Source: a virus
Length of the DNA: 64,000 nt
IMG/VR virus record: IMGVR_UViG_3300025450_000013
Direction: 5' to 3' (one strand)
The notes beneath the pieces were generated by a model, which was not told the DNA's origin, made no database searches, and saw nothing but the letters and a program-made list of their open reading frames with translations. Each line of letters opens with the position of its first letter. Within the stretch, counting starts at the first letter, position 1. The position numbers and the translations under genes are program-made. Positions 38,906 to 47,530 of this stretch are shown piece after piece.

Positions 38906-39333
38906 TTATCAATTCTACATATCAATTCTTTAATAACATCATCATATTGATCATACTCAGTTATCCTATAATCATACCTTGAAGGTTGTTCAAAGATTTT
39001 GTTAGTATCTTCAAACCTACTTTCTTTTATGGTATCCATCCATACAGTTATGTCCGCATTAAATGACTGTCTAGTTTCTTCGGTCGGGCATACAAAATCA
39101 CAAACACAATGATATCCCAGATTTGTTATACTCATATCCGCCATCATGCACATACGCTGAGCTTGTCTTAACCTACCTTTATCTGAAAAATCCCAGTCAC
39201 TAAAATACTCTCTTAAAGCATCACCATTAAATGCATCTATATGAAAAGAGCAGGTAGCAACCAACTTTTTCGTAAAGGTTGTCTTACCGGAACCAGGCAG
39301 ACCCATCACTAAGATTTTAATTTTTCCAGACAT
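38902..39333 (-). CDS. Adenylylsulfate kinase-like protein
   Basis: GLPGSGKTT, NGDALR..DWDFS..GRLRQA, DFVCPT. Confidence 0.8.
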   Translation of the reverse strand: MSGKIKILVMGLPGSGKTTFTKKLVATCSFHIDAFNGDALREYFSDWDFSDKGRLRQAQRMCMMADMSITNLGYHCVCDFVCPTEETRQSFNADITVWMDTIKESRFEDTNKIFEQPSRYDYRITEYDQYDDVIKELICRIDK

Positions 39334-40084
39334 TCATATCACCGAATTTATTAAATATTTCTGGTGGTATAACAGTTTTTCTTTCTATATATTCAACTTT
39401 ACTTCTAACATTATGCATATCTGGCATACGCATCAATCTATCAAATTGGTCATAATCTGATGTTACATTATTATAATCATGTTCATAATACGGTTGTTCA
39501 ATATAATTATATACATTTCTCATGACCACTTCAGGCCTAATAACAAGATCATCATAATGTATGGAGAGGAAATTATGTTCTCCCGACCAGAACATATCTC
39601 TCACACCGTAATATACTGGGTTAATCAAACTTTCCATATATACTTCGCATCTAGTGAATACATTATTCATCTTAAAATTTTCTTTAAAGTATATTGGTAT
39701 ATGGTATGGATTTTTTCTATACAATCTTTCAAATGAATCCAGTATCCATCCAATATCTCTTACCAAAACAATCAATTTAAGATCAGGATATAATCTTTTT
39801 AAAATGTGTATCTTATTACACCAAGACCTGTTGTGGTTGAAATATAAGGTTTTATCTGGTGCATCATGGAAAGTTTCTGCAATATTTCTTAGAATATTAT
39901 CAATTTGTTCATTACTTTTATTAGAGTAAGAACCAACATTATTAAGTGAACTCAATACACCATCAAATATTCCATTGAGAGGGTTGGAAATCATTGCATC
40001 AAATTTTGGATTTTGATTTAGTATAGATGTAAAAAGTGTGCTTCCGGACCTTGGGAGTCCGGAAGTAAATACTATATTTTTCAA
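39317..40084 (-). CDS. Sulfotransferase
   Basis: SGLPRSGSTL PAPS loop, LVRD..LDSF, HYDDL. Confidence 0.85.
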   Translation of the reverse strand: MKNIVFTSGLPRSGSTLFTSILNQNPKFDAMISNPLNGIFDGVLSSLNNVGSYSNKSNEQIDNILRNIAETFHDAPDKTLYFNHNRSWCNKIHILKRLYPDLKLIVLVRDIGWILDSFERLYRKNPYHIPIYFKENFKMNNVFTRCEVYMESLINPVYYGVRDMFWSGEHNFLSIHYDDLVIRPEVVMRNVYNYIEQPYYEHDYNNVTSDYDQFDRLMRMPDMHNVRSKVEYIERKTVIPPEIFNKFGDMNVWKN

Positions 40085-40551
40085 TTCAATCTCTCGACGG
40101 TTACAGTAGATGTTGAACTCATTCCAATAGAACGAGCAGCACCGTAAGAAAGATCAAGATGCCGACCTCGAACAAAGGGACCTCTATCATTGACAACTAC
40201 GGTAACACATCCGCGATGGCAGACCCGTAGGTGTGTCCCAAACGGCAATGATCTGTGTGCTGCTGTGTGACCGTGAGGGTTGAACACTGCACCGGAAGCC
40301 GTATGGCGGGCCAATCTTTCACCATGCCCGTAGTAAGAAGCAACCATTTTGCTCCCAGAGGAATGCCTGCTGCCATCATCATTGCTATAATCATTATCAA
40401 CGTTGCTTTTAGTTGATCTCGCATGTTTTCCTTTCCTAACTTGGTTCTGAGATGGTTGTGCGCCGAAGAGTCCACCAAAAAAATCTCCTACTGGATCTGC
40501 CATAGCAGGAGTGGTGAATAAAAATGCGGCGATCATTAGATATTTTCTCAT
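40081..40551 (-). CDS. rlpA: RlpA-like lytic transglycosylase (DPBB)
   Basis: Signal peptide; ASYYG..TASG..TAAHRSLPFGT..VNDRGPF..LDLS..AA. Confidence 0.88.
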   Translation of the reverse strand: MRKYLMIAAFLFTTPAMADPVGDFFGGLFGAQPSQNQVRKGKHARSTKSNVDNDYSNDDGSRHSSGSKMVASYYGHGERLARHTASGAVFNPHGHTAAHRSLPFGTHLRVCHRGCVTVVVNDRGPFVRGRHLDLSYGAARSIGMSSTSTVTVERLN

Positions 40552-40717
40552 ATTATTTTCCTTTTATTACATACCAAACTGTGCTTTCACAACACCGACA
40601 ACTTTATCAATGAACTCATTAATATCTTCATCTGAATGTTGTTCTGCGGTTACGTTGAAATGGCTTCTAACCAGTTCAACAATCTGTGCTTTAGTTTCAT
40701 CTGATAGTTCAAACATT

Positions 40718-40948
40718 TTATTCTCCTTCTATAATAGCTGTGGATGTTTCTCTATCTATAACTAACTTACCATAACAAGCAATATTCCAATCTTCACTCA
40801 AATCTTCCTTTTCACTAAAAGATGGAACATTTATCTTTACGTGTTTGAATAGGTATTCTTTACCATCTTCAAATACACGCCACACATGGTCAACTGTACC
40901 TCGACCAGGTTGACCTCTGGTTTTATTAAACCTTATACTATATTTCAT
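40718..40948 (-). CDS. Hypothetical protein
   Basis: ATGA-coupled ORF. Confidence 0.65.
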   Translation of the reverse strand: MKYSIRFNKTRGQPGRGTVDHVWRVFEDGKEYLFKHVKINVPSFSEKEDLSEDWNIACYGKLVIDRETSTAIIEGE

Positions 40949-41589
40949 ATCACCTCCGCAGGTAGTTGTGCAGGTGGAGGATAATAATCTCTAATACCTA
41001 TATTAAAATGAATAAAAGAAAAGGGAAAATCCGATCCGTTTCTGGTAAATGAATGAGGTAACCACGAATTGGTAAACATTAACATACCAGGTTTAGGTGG
41101 AATATATATTGAATTTGTGGAGTTTTCAATATAGCAGGTAAATTCTGGGCCAAAACTATCTTGTACCTTACCTGGTCTAGGGTCGTGTATCACTATTTGA
41201 CTACAGTTCTTAGGTGCTTCTAGTATATAAAATCCTACTATCTTACAACCATTGGGATGAACATGTTGTTCCATGGATGATGATTTCAAATGATACTGCA
41301 TCCACATACCCATATAATATGTTTGCAGGTTATCCATATTGAATCCTTGATTCTTCAATACGTTCCATGCGGTGTTCAAAATATAATTAGAAAAATCTTG
41401 TATTCTATTGTCGTTAGAAAAATTATAAGTATGGTACATTGGATAAATTTTATCCATCTTCTTTTGTTTCTTAATATCTCTTAGATAGTCATAGGATACA
41501 GTTTTAACATTATCCAAAAAACTTGGTTTATCCAAAGTATAAACACTAGAAGGAAAATAATCAAACTGTTGCCATGTATCATTATCCAT
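40945..41589 (-). CDS. 2OG-Fe(II) oxygenase (TIGR02466-like)
   Basis: HVH..GFY..HDPRP..PG.LMF.NSWLPH..IHFN. Confidence 0.8.
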   Translation of the reverse strand: MDNDTWQQFDYFPSSVYTLDKPSFLDNVKTVSYDYLRDIKKQKKMDKIYPMYHTYNFSNDNRIQDFSNYILNTAWNVLKNQGFNMDNLQTYYMGMWMQYHLKSSSMEQHVHPNGCKIVGFYILEAPKNCSQIVIHDPRPGKVQDSFGPEFTCYIENSTNSIYIPPKPGMLMFTNSWLPHSFTRNGSDFPFSFIHFNIGIRDYYPPPAQLPAEVI

Positions 41590-41825
41590 TATGCAAACTC
41601 TGCTGCAAATGCTTCATCTATGTCCACGGGTGGAGTCTTTACTAGTATGAAAGCAGGAGTAAATCCAGCAAAGCCATTACCACTTTCAAAGAAGTAGCAA
41701 ACGGCTTGAGCATCTTCTTCAAAGAAGTATTCACCCATAATAAGCCCAGTAGCATTTTCTTGGACATACCATACTAGGTTATCCTCATTATCAAAATCTG
41801 GATAGTATCTATACAACTGTTTCAT
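41589..41825 (-). CDS. Hypothetical protein
   Basis: GGAG RBS. Confidence 0.65.
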   Translation of the reverse strand: MKQLYRYYPDFDNEDNLVWYVQENATGLIMGEYFFEEDAQAVCYFFESGNGFAGFTPAFILVKTPPVDIDEAFAAEFA

Positions 41826-41833
41826 CTTATCTC

Positions 41834-42442
41834 CTAGAAGGTGTTAAAACTAAAGATGGTACGTTCTGGTGTTTTGTTTACCATATCATCCGAACCGTGA
41901 CTTAACCACGCAGGGAATAGATACAAAGTTCCTAGTTCTGGTTTAAACTCTTGCTTCTCTAGGTTATACTTATTCAACCTGCTGAGAGGTGCAAAACTTG
42001 GAAACTCATTCTGGTTATAGAATGTTATTGTGTTGCTATTATCATCCACATGGAGATAGATAACACCAGCAATCTGGCTTCCTGTATGCTTATGTCTCTT
42101 ATGTATGCTACCAACATTTTGCACCGATACCCAGGATGTTACAATGTCCTGTGTGCAATACATTCTCACACCAAGGGCCTCGGCATATTCCATAATAACA
42201 TTCACCATATCGTCCGTGAATGTGGAACAACTCTTTACATTAGCAGTTATAATCTTATGACTTTCACTGGCATAATCCCAAGTGGAGATACCATCAGTCA
42301 GAAGGCTAATAGGATTGAAACCTTCACGGTGTTGCTTAAAGTAATCACAAATGTCTTTACATTGTTCAGGTGTAAGGAAGTTCTTAACTCTTTGTATGAG
42401 TGTAGGGAATAGTTCAATGTCTTCTATCTCAACTTGTCTCAT
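41834..42442 (-). CDS. 2OG-Fe(II) oxygenase (TIGR02466-like)
   Basis: HKH..AGVIY..FPAWLSHG..RTIFSFN. Confidence 0.82.
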   Translation of the reverse strand: MRQVEIEDIELFPTLIQRVKNFLTPEQCKDICDYFKQHREGFNPISLLTDGISTWDYASESHKIITANVKSCSTFTDDMVNVIMEYAEALGVRMYCTQDIVTSWVSVQNVGSIHKRHKHTGSQIAGVIYLHVDDNSNTITFYNQNEFPSFAPLSRLNKYNLEKQEFKPELGTLYLFPAWLSHGSDDMVNKTPERTIFSFNTF

Positions 42443-42446
42443 ATTA

Positions 42447-43052
42447 TTACCTTACGTTAAAACTTAAAATTATTCTTTCATCGGAACCATTTTCTTCACC
42501 ATCAGACCCATGTCTAATCCAAGATGGAAATATTATTAAATCACCTGCATGTGGTTCAAAATTTACCACTCCATAAACATATTCTGTCAGATTTTCCATA
42601 TCAACATTCATCATTTGTAAATAAGGGGATGGATTTACAAATGATAACTTGCTACTGTATTCATCACATTTAATAAATAAAGCACCTGAAACTGCGGACA
42701 ATGGATGTGAGTGATGTTGTAATATACTTCCTTTATATTGGATATTTGCCCAAGAATTGGTAATGTCTTCTGTTATTAGTTTGTATCCAGAATTTTCACA
42801 ATATTCACAGACAGTTTTATATATTCTATCACTTAAATTTTCACAACTTTTAACTTTCTGGGATATATCCGTTATTGTTTTTTTATCTGGATCATAATTT
42901 GATACACTATTTCCTACTAAAGCAGGATATTTTAAAAATTCATCTATGTTTGTATGGCAATAATCAACTATATCATCACATTGCTTAGAATTTAAAAACT
43001 CACTAATATGAAATACAGGAGTAGGAAATAGACTATATTTGTTTATTTTCAT
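42447..43052 (-). CDS. 2OG-Fe(II) oxygenase (TIGR02466-like)
   Basis: HSHP..SGAL..FPSWIRHG..RIILSFN; paralog of the adjacent gene. Confidence 0.82.
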   Translation of the reverse strand: MKINKYSLFPTPVFHISEFLNSKQCDDIVDYCHTNIDEFLKYPALVGNSVSNYDPDKKTITDISQKVKSCENLSDRIYKTVCEYCENSGYKLITEDITNSWANIQYKGSILQHHSHPLSAVSGALFIKCDEYSSKLSFVNPSPYLQMMNVDMENLTEYVYGVVNFEPHAGDLIIFPSWIRHGSDGEENGSDERIILSFNVR

Positions 43053-44422
43053 ACCTTCAATCCTTTGAACTTGTTCTTACCATCAAACTGTCTAGGAATA
43101 GGTTTCACTTCTTCCTGTCCTGAGTCCACAATGTCTTGAGCTGATTGTTCTACATCATACAACTTCATCTTGCTTTTGTCAATACCAATCACAAATCTTT
43201 TATTCTGTGACGGATCATTATATCGGTTCTTCAACTGTTTTACCTGAACCTGTTTCAACTGCTCCATGGTTTCATTGGTGATAAGGGCCAAGAACAAATC
43301 GGCCGTAGCAGGCAAACCAAAGGACTCTGAGGTATCGGTCATGTCCGGGTCGGAACTATTATAACCACCTCTGGTCAACTGTGTAGCAGACCAAACAGGA
43401 ACATTGAACTCAACTGCCAAACCTCTCAACTCTTCGGCGATTGCCTTGATGTATGTATAACTATTTGCCACACCTGGTTTGATACGAGAACTGGAACAGA
43501 TGTTAAGATAGTCAATCATAATGGCATCCGGTACAAAGTTCTTTTTCAGGTGTAGTTCATTCAACAAGGATCTGAAATGTGTTGCCGAGGCCGAGGAAGT
43601 TGGATACTCTTTGACGATTAGTTTACCATTAGTTTTGGCCTTCAGATTACTAATCTTTTTCTGATACATATCTTTTGGCAAAACCATCAGATCATCAAAG
43701 GTGATATTCATCAGGTTGGCATCTATTCTCTTTGATACTTCCTCTTCTGCTAGTTCAAGTGTAATATAAAGAACATTCTTTCCTTGAGCGAGATAGCTAG
43801 CGGCAAAATGACACAAACAAAGAGACTTACCAACACCAACGCCTGCCATAACCACGTTGAGAGTTTTCTTAGGAACTCCGTTCTTGGTGATTCTATTAAA
43901 AAAATCAAGATCAAATGGCAATTTCTCTTGAACTCGGTGATAGTATTCGTAACGATCTTCAAACTGTTCGAGGTAATCATGGCCAACGTTTGGATCAAAA
44001 CTAATAGACAACGCATCAGATAACAGACCTGGGATAGCACCTTTTTCCAGTTTACCTTTACCATTCATAATCTCCAGTGAGGAAGTGATAGCATTATATA
44101 TTGCCTTCTCCTGGCAGAACTTTTCTGTGGAATCTAAAAGCCAGTCCGGGTTTGTCAAAACTGTGTCAGCATCAAGTTCTTTTAGTGTCTCCTTGATATT
44201 CTTAACAGTATCGTCGGTTGTACCACGCAAGTTATCAACCTCGATGTCCAAGGCATCAAAGGTTGGTTGCTGATTATACTTCAACACGAAACCGGCCACT
44301 TCTTTGAAAAGTAGCCGGTCTTCTTGATTAGAAAAGTATTCTTCTTTTAGGAATGGTAGAACCTTGCGGGTGTAGGTTTCATTCTTGATTAGGTTCTTTA
44401 GTATCGTTAATTCTAGTCTCAC
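43049..44422 (-). CDS. Replicative DNA helicase (T4 gp41-like)
   Basis: AGVGVGKS, YITLE, IDYLNI, SATQ, SESFGLPATAD, KQLKNRY; start probably GTG 44422. Confidence 0.95.
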   Translation of the reverse strand: MRLELTILKNLIKNETYTRKVLPFLKEEYFSNQEDRLLFKEVAGFVLKYNQQPTFDALDIEVDNLRGTTDDTVKNIKETLKELDADTVLTNPDWLLDSTEKFCQEKAIYNAITSSLEIMNGKGKLEKGAIPGLLSDALSISFDPNVGHDYLEQFEDRYEYYHRVQEKLPFDLDFFNRITKNGVPKKTLNVVMAGVGVGKSLCLCHFAASYLAQGKNVLYITLELAEEEVSKRIDANLMNITFDDLMVLPKDMYQKKISNLKAKTNGKLIVKEYPTSSASATHFRSLLNELHLKKNFVPDAIMIDYLNICSSSRIKPGVANSYTYIKAIAEELRGLAVEFNVPVWSATQLTRGGYNSSDPDMTDTSESFGLPATADLFLALITNETMEQLKQVQVKQLKNRYNDPSQNKRFVIGIDKSKMKLYDVEQSAQDIVDSGQEEVKPIPRQFDGKNKFKGLKV

Positions 44423-44717
44423 TCTCACCTTCCGCTTCTGATGCATCTAATAATAGGGTATTCAATACAAGCCCAAGAACTGTGTTGAACTTTTCATTTT
44501 TCCGTAATGTCATCATAGACAAGTCATTGGTCTTGAGGATTTCATAATCGTAACCAATCCGAGGAACATTATCCTCATCAACTCTAAACTTGACATAAGT
44601 ATAACGGTAGCACACTCCTGCGAACGGGTCAACCAGTAACTCAATAGGAACTGTTGAACCATCTTCTTTTATATTAAATAAATCATCCCTAAATTTCCAA
44701 TCAATCCCCAGTTCCAT
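44379..44717 (-). CDS. Hypothetical protein in the gp40 position
   Basis: Synteny between uvsX and gene 41. Confidence 0.55.
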   Translation of the reverse strand: MELGIDWKFRDDLFNIKEDGSTVPIELLVDPFAGVCYRYTYVKFRVDEDNVPRIGYDYEILKTNDLSMMTLRKNEKFNTVLGLVLNTLLLDASEAEGESETRINDTKEPNQE

Positions 44718-45759
44718 CTTCCATCTCCATCACATTTGTTTTACCATACATAAACTCACCTTGACAGGCTTCATCAATCTTTTGTAGAAGGTCTGTGGTA
44801 AAATACTTTTCTGGGTTCTTCTTTACCTGACTTTCAAATGCCTTTGTTCCGTCTGGGAACTCATACTTGTTTGATACCTTTTTAACAAGGCCAAATTTAT
44901 CGGCAAGGTCAAGGAGACCATAGTAAGGATCTAAACCTGAGGAATAGTTCAACCAGGTTTCCACTCTCTTGTCTTCCACGGTCATACGAGATTTCTTGAG
45001 GTGTGCGGTGATAACAGCACCGGTACGACCACCATCGTCGTCCAGTGTCTTATCCTTCTTCTTAGATAGAAAGATGATAGTTGATGCCGCATATTCAAGG
45101 CCAGAACCACCACCCATCTTCTTTACAGGTACATAGGAACCGACCACATCATAAACGTGGTTAGTGACAATCAAAGGCACTTTTGCCTTACCTAACTTGA
45201 GGGTAAGGACACGGAAAGCACCACGCACCAGTTGGGCGCGGGTCATATCACGGGTGTCCTTACCATCGGCAATATCAGCCATTTCTTTATCGGTTGAAAG
45301 ATTACCAAGACTATCAAGAACAAATAGCATTGGTGGTCGTTCACCTTTTTGTTCTAGATACCGATCTAGAATTTTAACCGCTTGCGTCCTGAACTCCTGG
45401 ACCGTAGCCACTGGTACAATTGCCATACGCTTAGTGTCAATTCCGCGGCCTGCAAGAAAATCTTTAGAAACAGCGGATTCGGACTCAAAATAAAAGACAA
45501 ATCCATTTGAATGATCCTCCAAAAATTGATAGCACACATTTAGTGCATAGAATGTTTTACCTACCGATGGTTCACCGGCAAATGCTGTTACTTTGTTTTG
45601 TGGGAGCCCACCGAAGATAGAACCTGATAATAAGGCATTCATTGCATATGAACCAGTGCCTATAAATCCTGAAACATCTCCTGCTTCAATACCATTTTCG
45701 GCAATAGAAGCGTATTCGTTGTTGGTTTCTTCCAACAACTTCTGAAAAATATCTGACAT
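44701..45759 (-). CDS. uvsX: RecA-like recombinase
   Basis: AGEPSVGKT, LDSLGNL, DMTRAQ, VTNHVY, MGGGSG. Confidence 0.94.
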   Translation of the reverse strand: MSDIFQKLLEETNNEYASIAENGIEAGDVSGFIGTGSYAMNALLSGSIFGGLPQNKVTAFAGEPSVGKTFYALNVCYQFLEDHSNGFVFYFESESAVSKDFLAGRGIDTKRMAIVPVATVQEFRTQAVKILDRYLEQKGERPPMLFVLDSLGNLSTDKEMADIADGKDTRDMTRAQLVRGAFRVLTLKLGKAKVPLIVTNHVYDVVGSYVPVKKMGGGSGLEYAASTIIFLSKKKDKTLDDDGGRTGAVITAHLKKSRMTVEDKRVETWLNYSSGLDPYYGLLDLADKFGLVKKVSNKYEFPDGTKAFESQVKKNPEKYFTTDLLQKIDEACQGEFMYGKTNVMEMEDGTGD

Positions 45760-45792
45760 AAGTTTCTCCTTATATTGTGTCTAACAATCTCG

Positions 45793-45975
45793 TTAGGCAA
45801 CTTCTTTAAAATATTTCTGTAACTCTGGTGATAATTTCTCTAGTAGATGACCGCCAATACCAACTCTTACTATATTGGCTAACTCTATAATATTATTGGT
45901 ATCTATTGTATTATCAGGTGTAAACTCATACAAACGTGCAGGTGAATGTTTATGATGTTTATCCTTCTTGGTCAT
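45793..45975 (-). CDS. Hypothetical protein
   Basis: AAGGAG RBS. Confidence 0.6.
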   Translation of the reverse strand: MTKKDKHHKHSPARLYEFTPDNTIDTNNIIELANIVRVGIGGHLLEKLSPELQKYFKEVA

Positions 45976-47530
45976 AGTAGATTTTCTCCTTTAGGTAATC
46001 TATCAAATAAGGTTCATCTTTAACTAAATTGGCCCAGTGATCTCTCTTTTCGGTTAACTTATGAGCAGCCCACAACCAATCTTTTCTATGTTGTTCATTG
46101 TAATTGAATGAATCCAACGAGTGTTTATCTGTAGCAAACAAATTCAATCCTGTAGCAACACAGTTTATGCCTGAATTATTGAAACTATAATTTTCAAATC
46201 TAGAGTTGAAAACATTAATAAAAGAATTTTCATGTTTAATGGTTGGGTCATAAAAATCTTGACTGTATTCACGACGACCAACATCTTTCCAATATTCTGT
46301 ATCATCTCTATGTGAAAGAGCATAATGGAGTGCTACAAACTGTGAGAACCCGTTAAATATCTTTCTACATTCGTAGGTGTATCCGTCTTTATCAATCTGA
46401 CTTACATATCCATCTGGTACTCTATCTAATACACGAAGTAACCGCACTAGAAACATATGAACACTAAAGAGACCATTACTTTCCAGTGGTTCAATAAAAC
46501 CTGCGGATAATCCAATTGGTACTACGTTTTTTTCCCAAAGTTTCTTATATATACCAACACGGAACTTTAACTTCTTATATGTCAATTCTTCGTTGTAAAG
46601 GTTCTTTTCTTTGAGATGTTCTTTAAACTCTTCTAAAGCACCTTCATCATCAATATACTTATCAGAGTAAACATAACCTGTACCAATACGACTCCATAGT
46701 GGAATGTTCCACACCCATCCATTACCGATAGCATGGCCATCAGTATATCCAACCAATTGGTTCTTCTTATCTGTATATGGTGCTTGAGTGGCCCATGCTG
46801 AGTTGTTTGGAAGAATATCTGACATTGATACAAAAGGAACTTTTAACTTATCATATAGAACTGCTTTGAAACCGGTACAATCAATGAATAGATCAGCAGT
46901 AATCTCTTCACCACTATCCAATTGCAGATATTCAATACCATCTTCATTGAGTTTGATATCTTTAACTTCTGCTAGAATATTCTTAACACCTTTAGGTATA
47001 GAATATTCATTTTTCAACCATTGTGCAAATTGGACAGCATTAAAATGATATGCACAATCATTCTTCAGTGTGTATCCAGGAACAATATTATCTTTCTCAG
47101 AAATCTTATTCTGATTAACTAGAGCCATAATGGGATAGATACAAGAAGCATAATCACTAACATGAGTATCAGGAAAAAACATCTTCTTGAAATACCAATC
47201 ATTCTTTTGTGAATGATTACCTTCTACATTAAGATCACCAAAAGGATAATGGAATGATCCAGCACCTTTTTTGTAGAAGTCCGTGAACCTAATGGATAGT
47301 TTATATGAGGCATCACAATGTTTCATCCATTGTTCATCTTTGATACCCAACAGGTTCATCCATTGATTAATAAATCCTAAAGTGGACTCACCAACACCAA
47401 CTGTAGAAATATTAGGGCTTTCAATTAGGACAATCTCACGACCAGGTAATCTAGCAATAAGAGTAGCAGCAGTCATCCATCCAGCAGAGCCACCACCAAC
47501 TATAACAATTTTTTTAATCTGCTTACTCAT
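45959..47530 (-). CDS. Flavin-dependent tryptophan halogenase-like protein
   Basis: VGGGSAGW, VGEST, K, FIDCTGF, GWVWNIP (WxWxIP), FIEPLES. Confidence 0.9.
   Translation of the reverse strand: MSKQIKKIVIVGGGSAGWMTAATLIARLPGREIVLIESPNISTVGVGESTLGFINQWMNLLGIKDEQWMKHCDASYKLSIRFTDFYKKGAGSFHYPFGDLNVEGNHSQKNDWYFKKMFFPDTHVSDYASCIYPIMALVNQNKISEKDNIVPGYTLKNDCAYHFNAVQFAQWLKNEYSIPKGVKNILAEVKDIKLNEDGIEYLQLDSGEEITADLFIDCTGFKAVLYDKLKVPFVSMSDILPNNSAWATQAPYTDKKNQLVGYTDGHAIGNGWVWNIPLWSRIGTGYVYSDKYIDDEGALEEFKEHLKEKNLYNEELTYKKLKFRVGIYKKLWEKNVVPIGLSAGFIEPLESNGLFSVHMFLVRLLRVLDRVPDGYVSQIDKDGYTYECRKIFNGFSQFVALHYALSHRDDTEYWKDVGRREYSQDFYDPTIKHENSFINVFNSRFENYSFNNSGINCVATGLNLFATDKHSLDSFNYNEQHRKDWLWAAHKLTEKRDHWANLVKDEPYLIDYLKEKIYYDQEG

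Noticed and set aside
40051-40075. 9-bp inverted repeat CTTCCGGAC/GTCCGGAAG
   Set aside because: It lies within the conserved SGLPRSGS codons of the sulfotransferase and has no adjacent U-tract; probably incidental.
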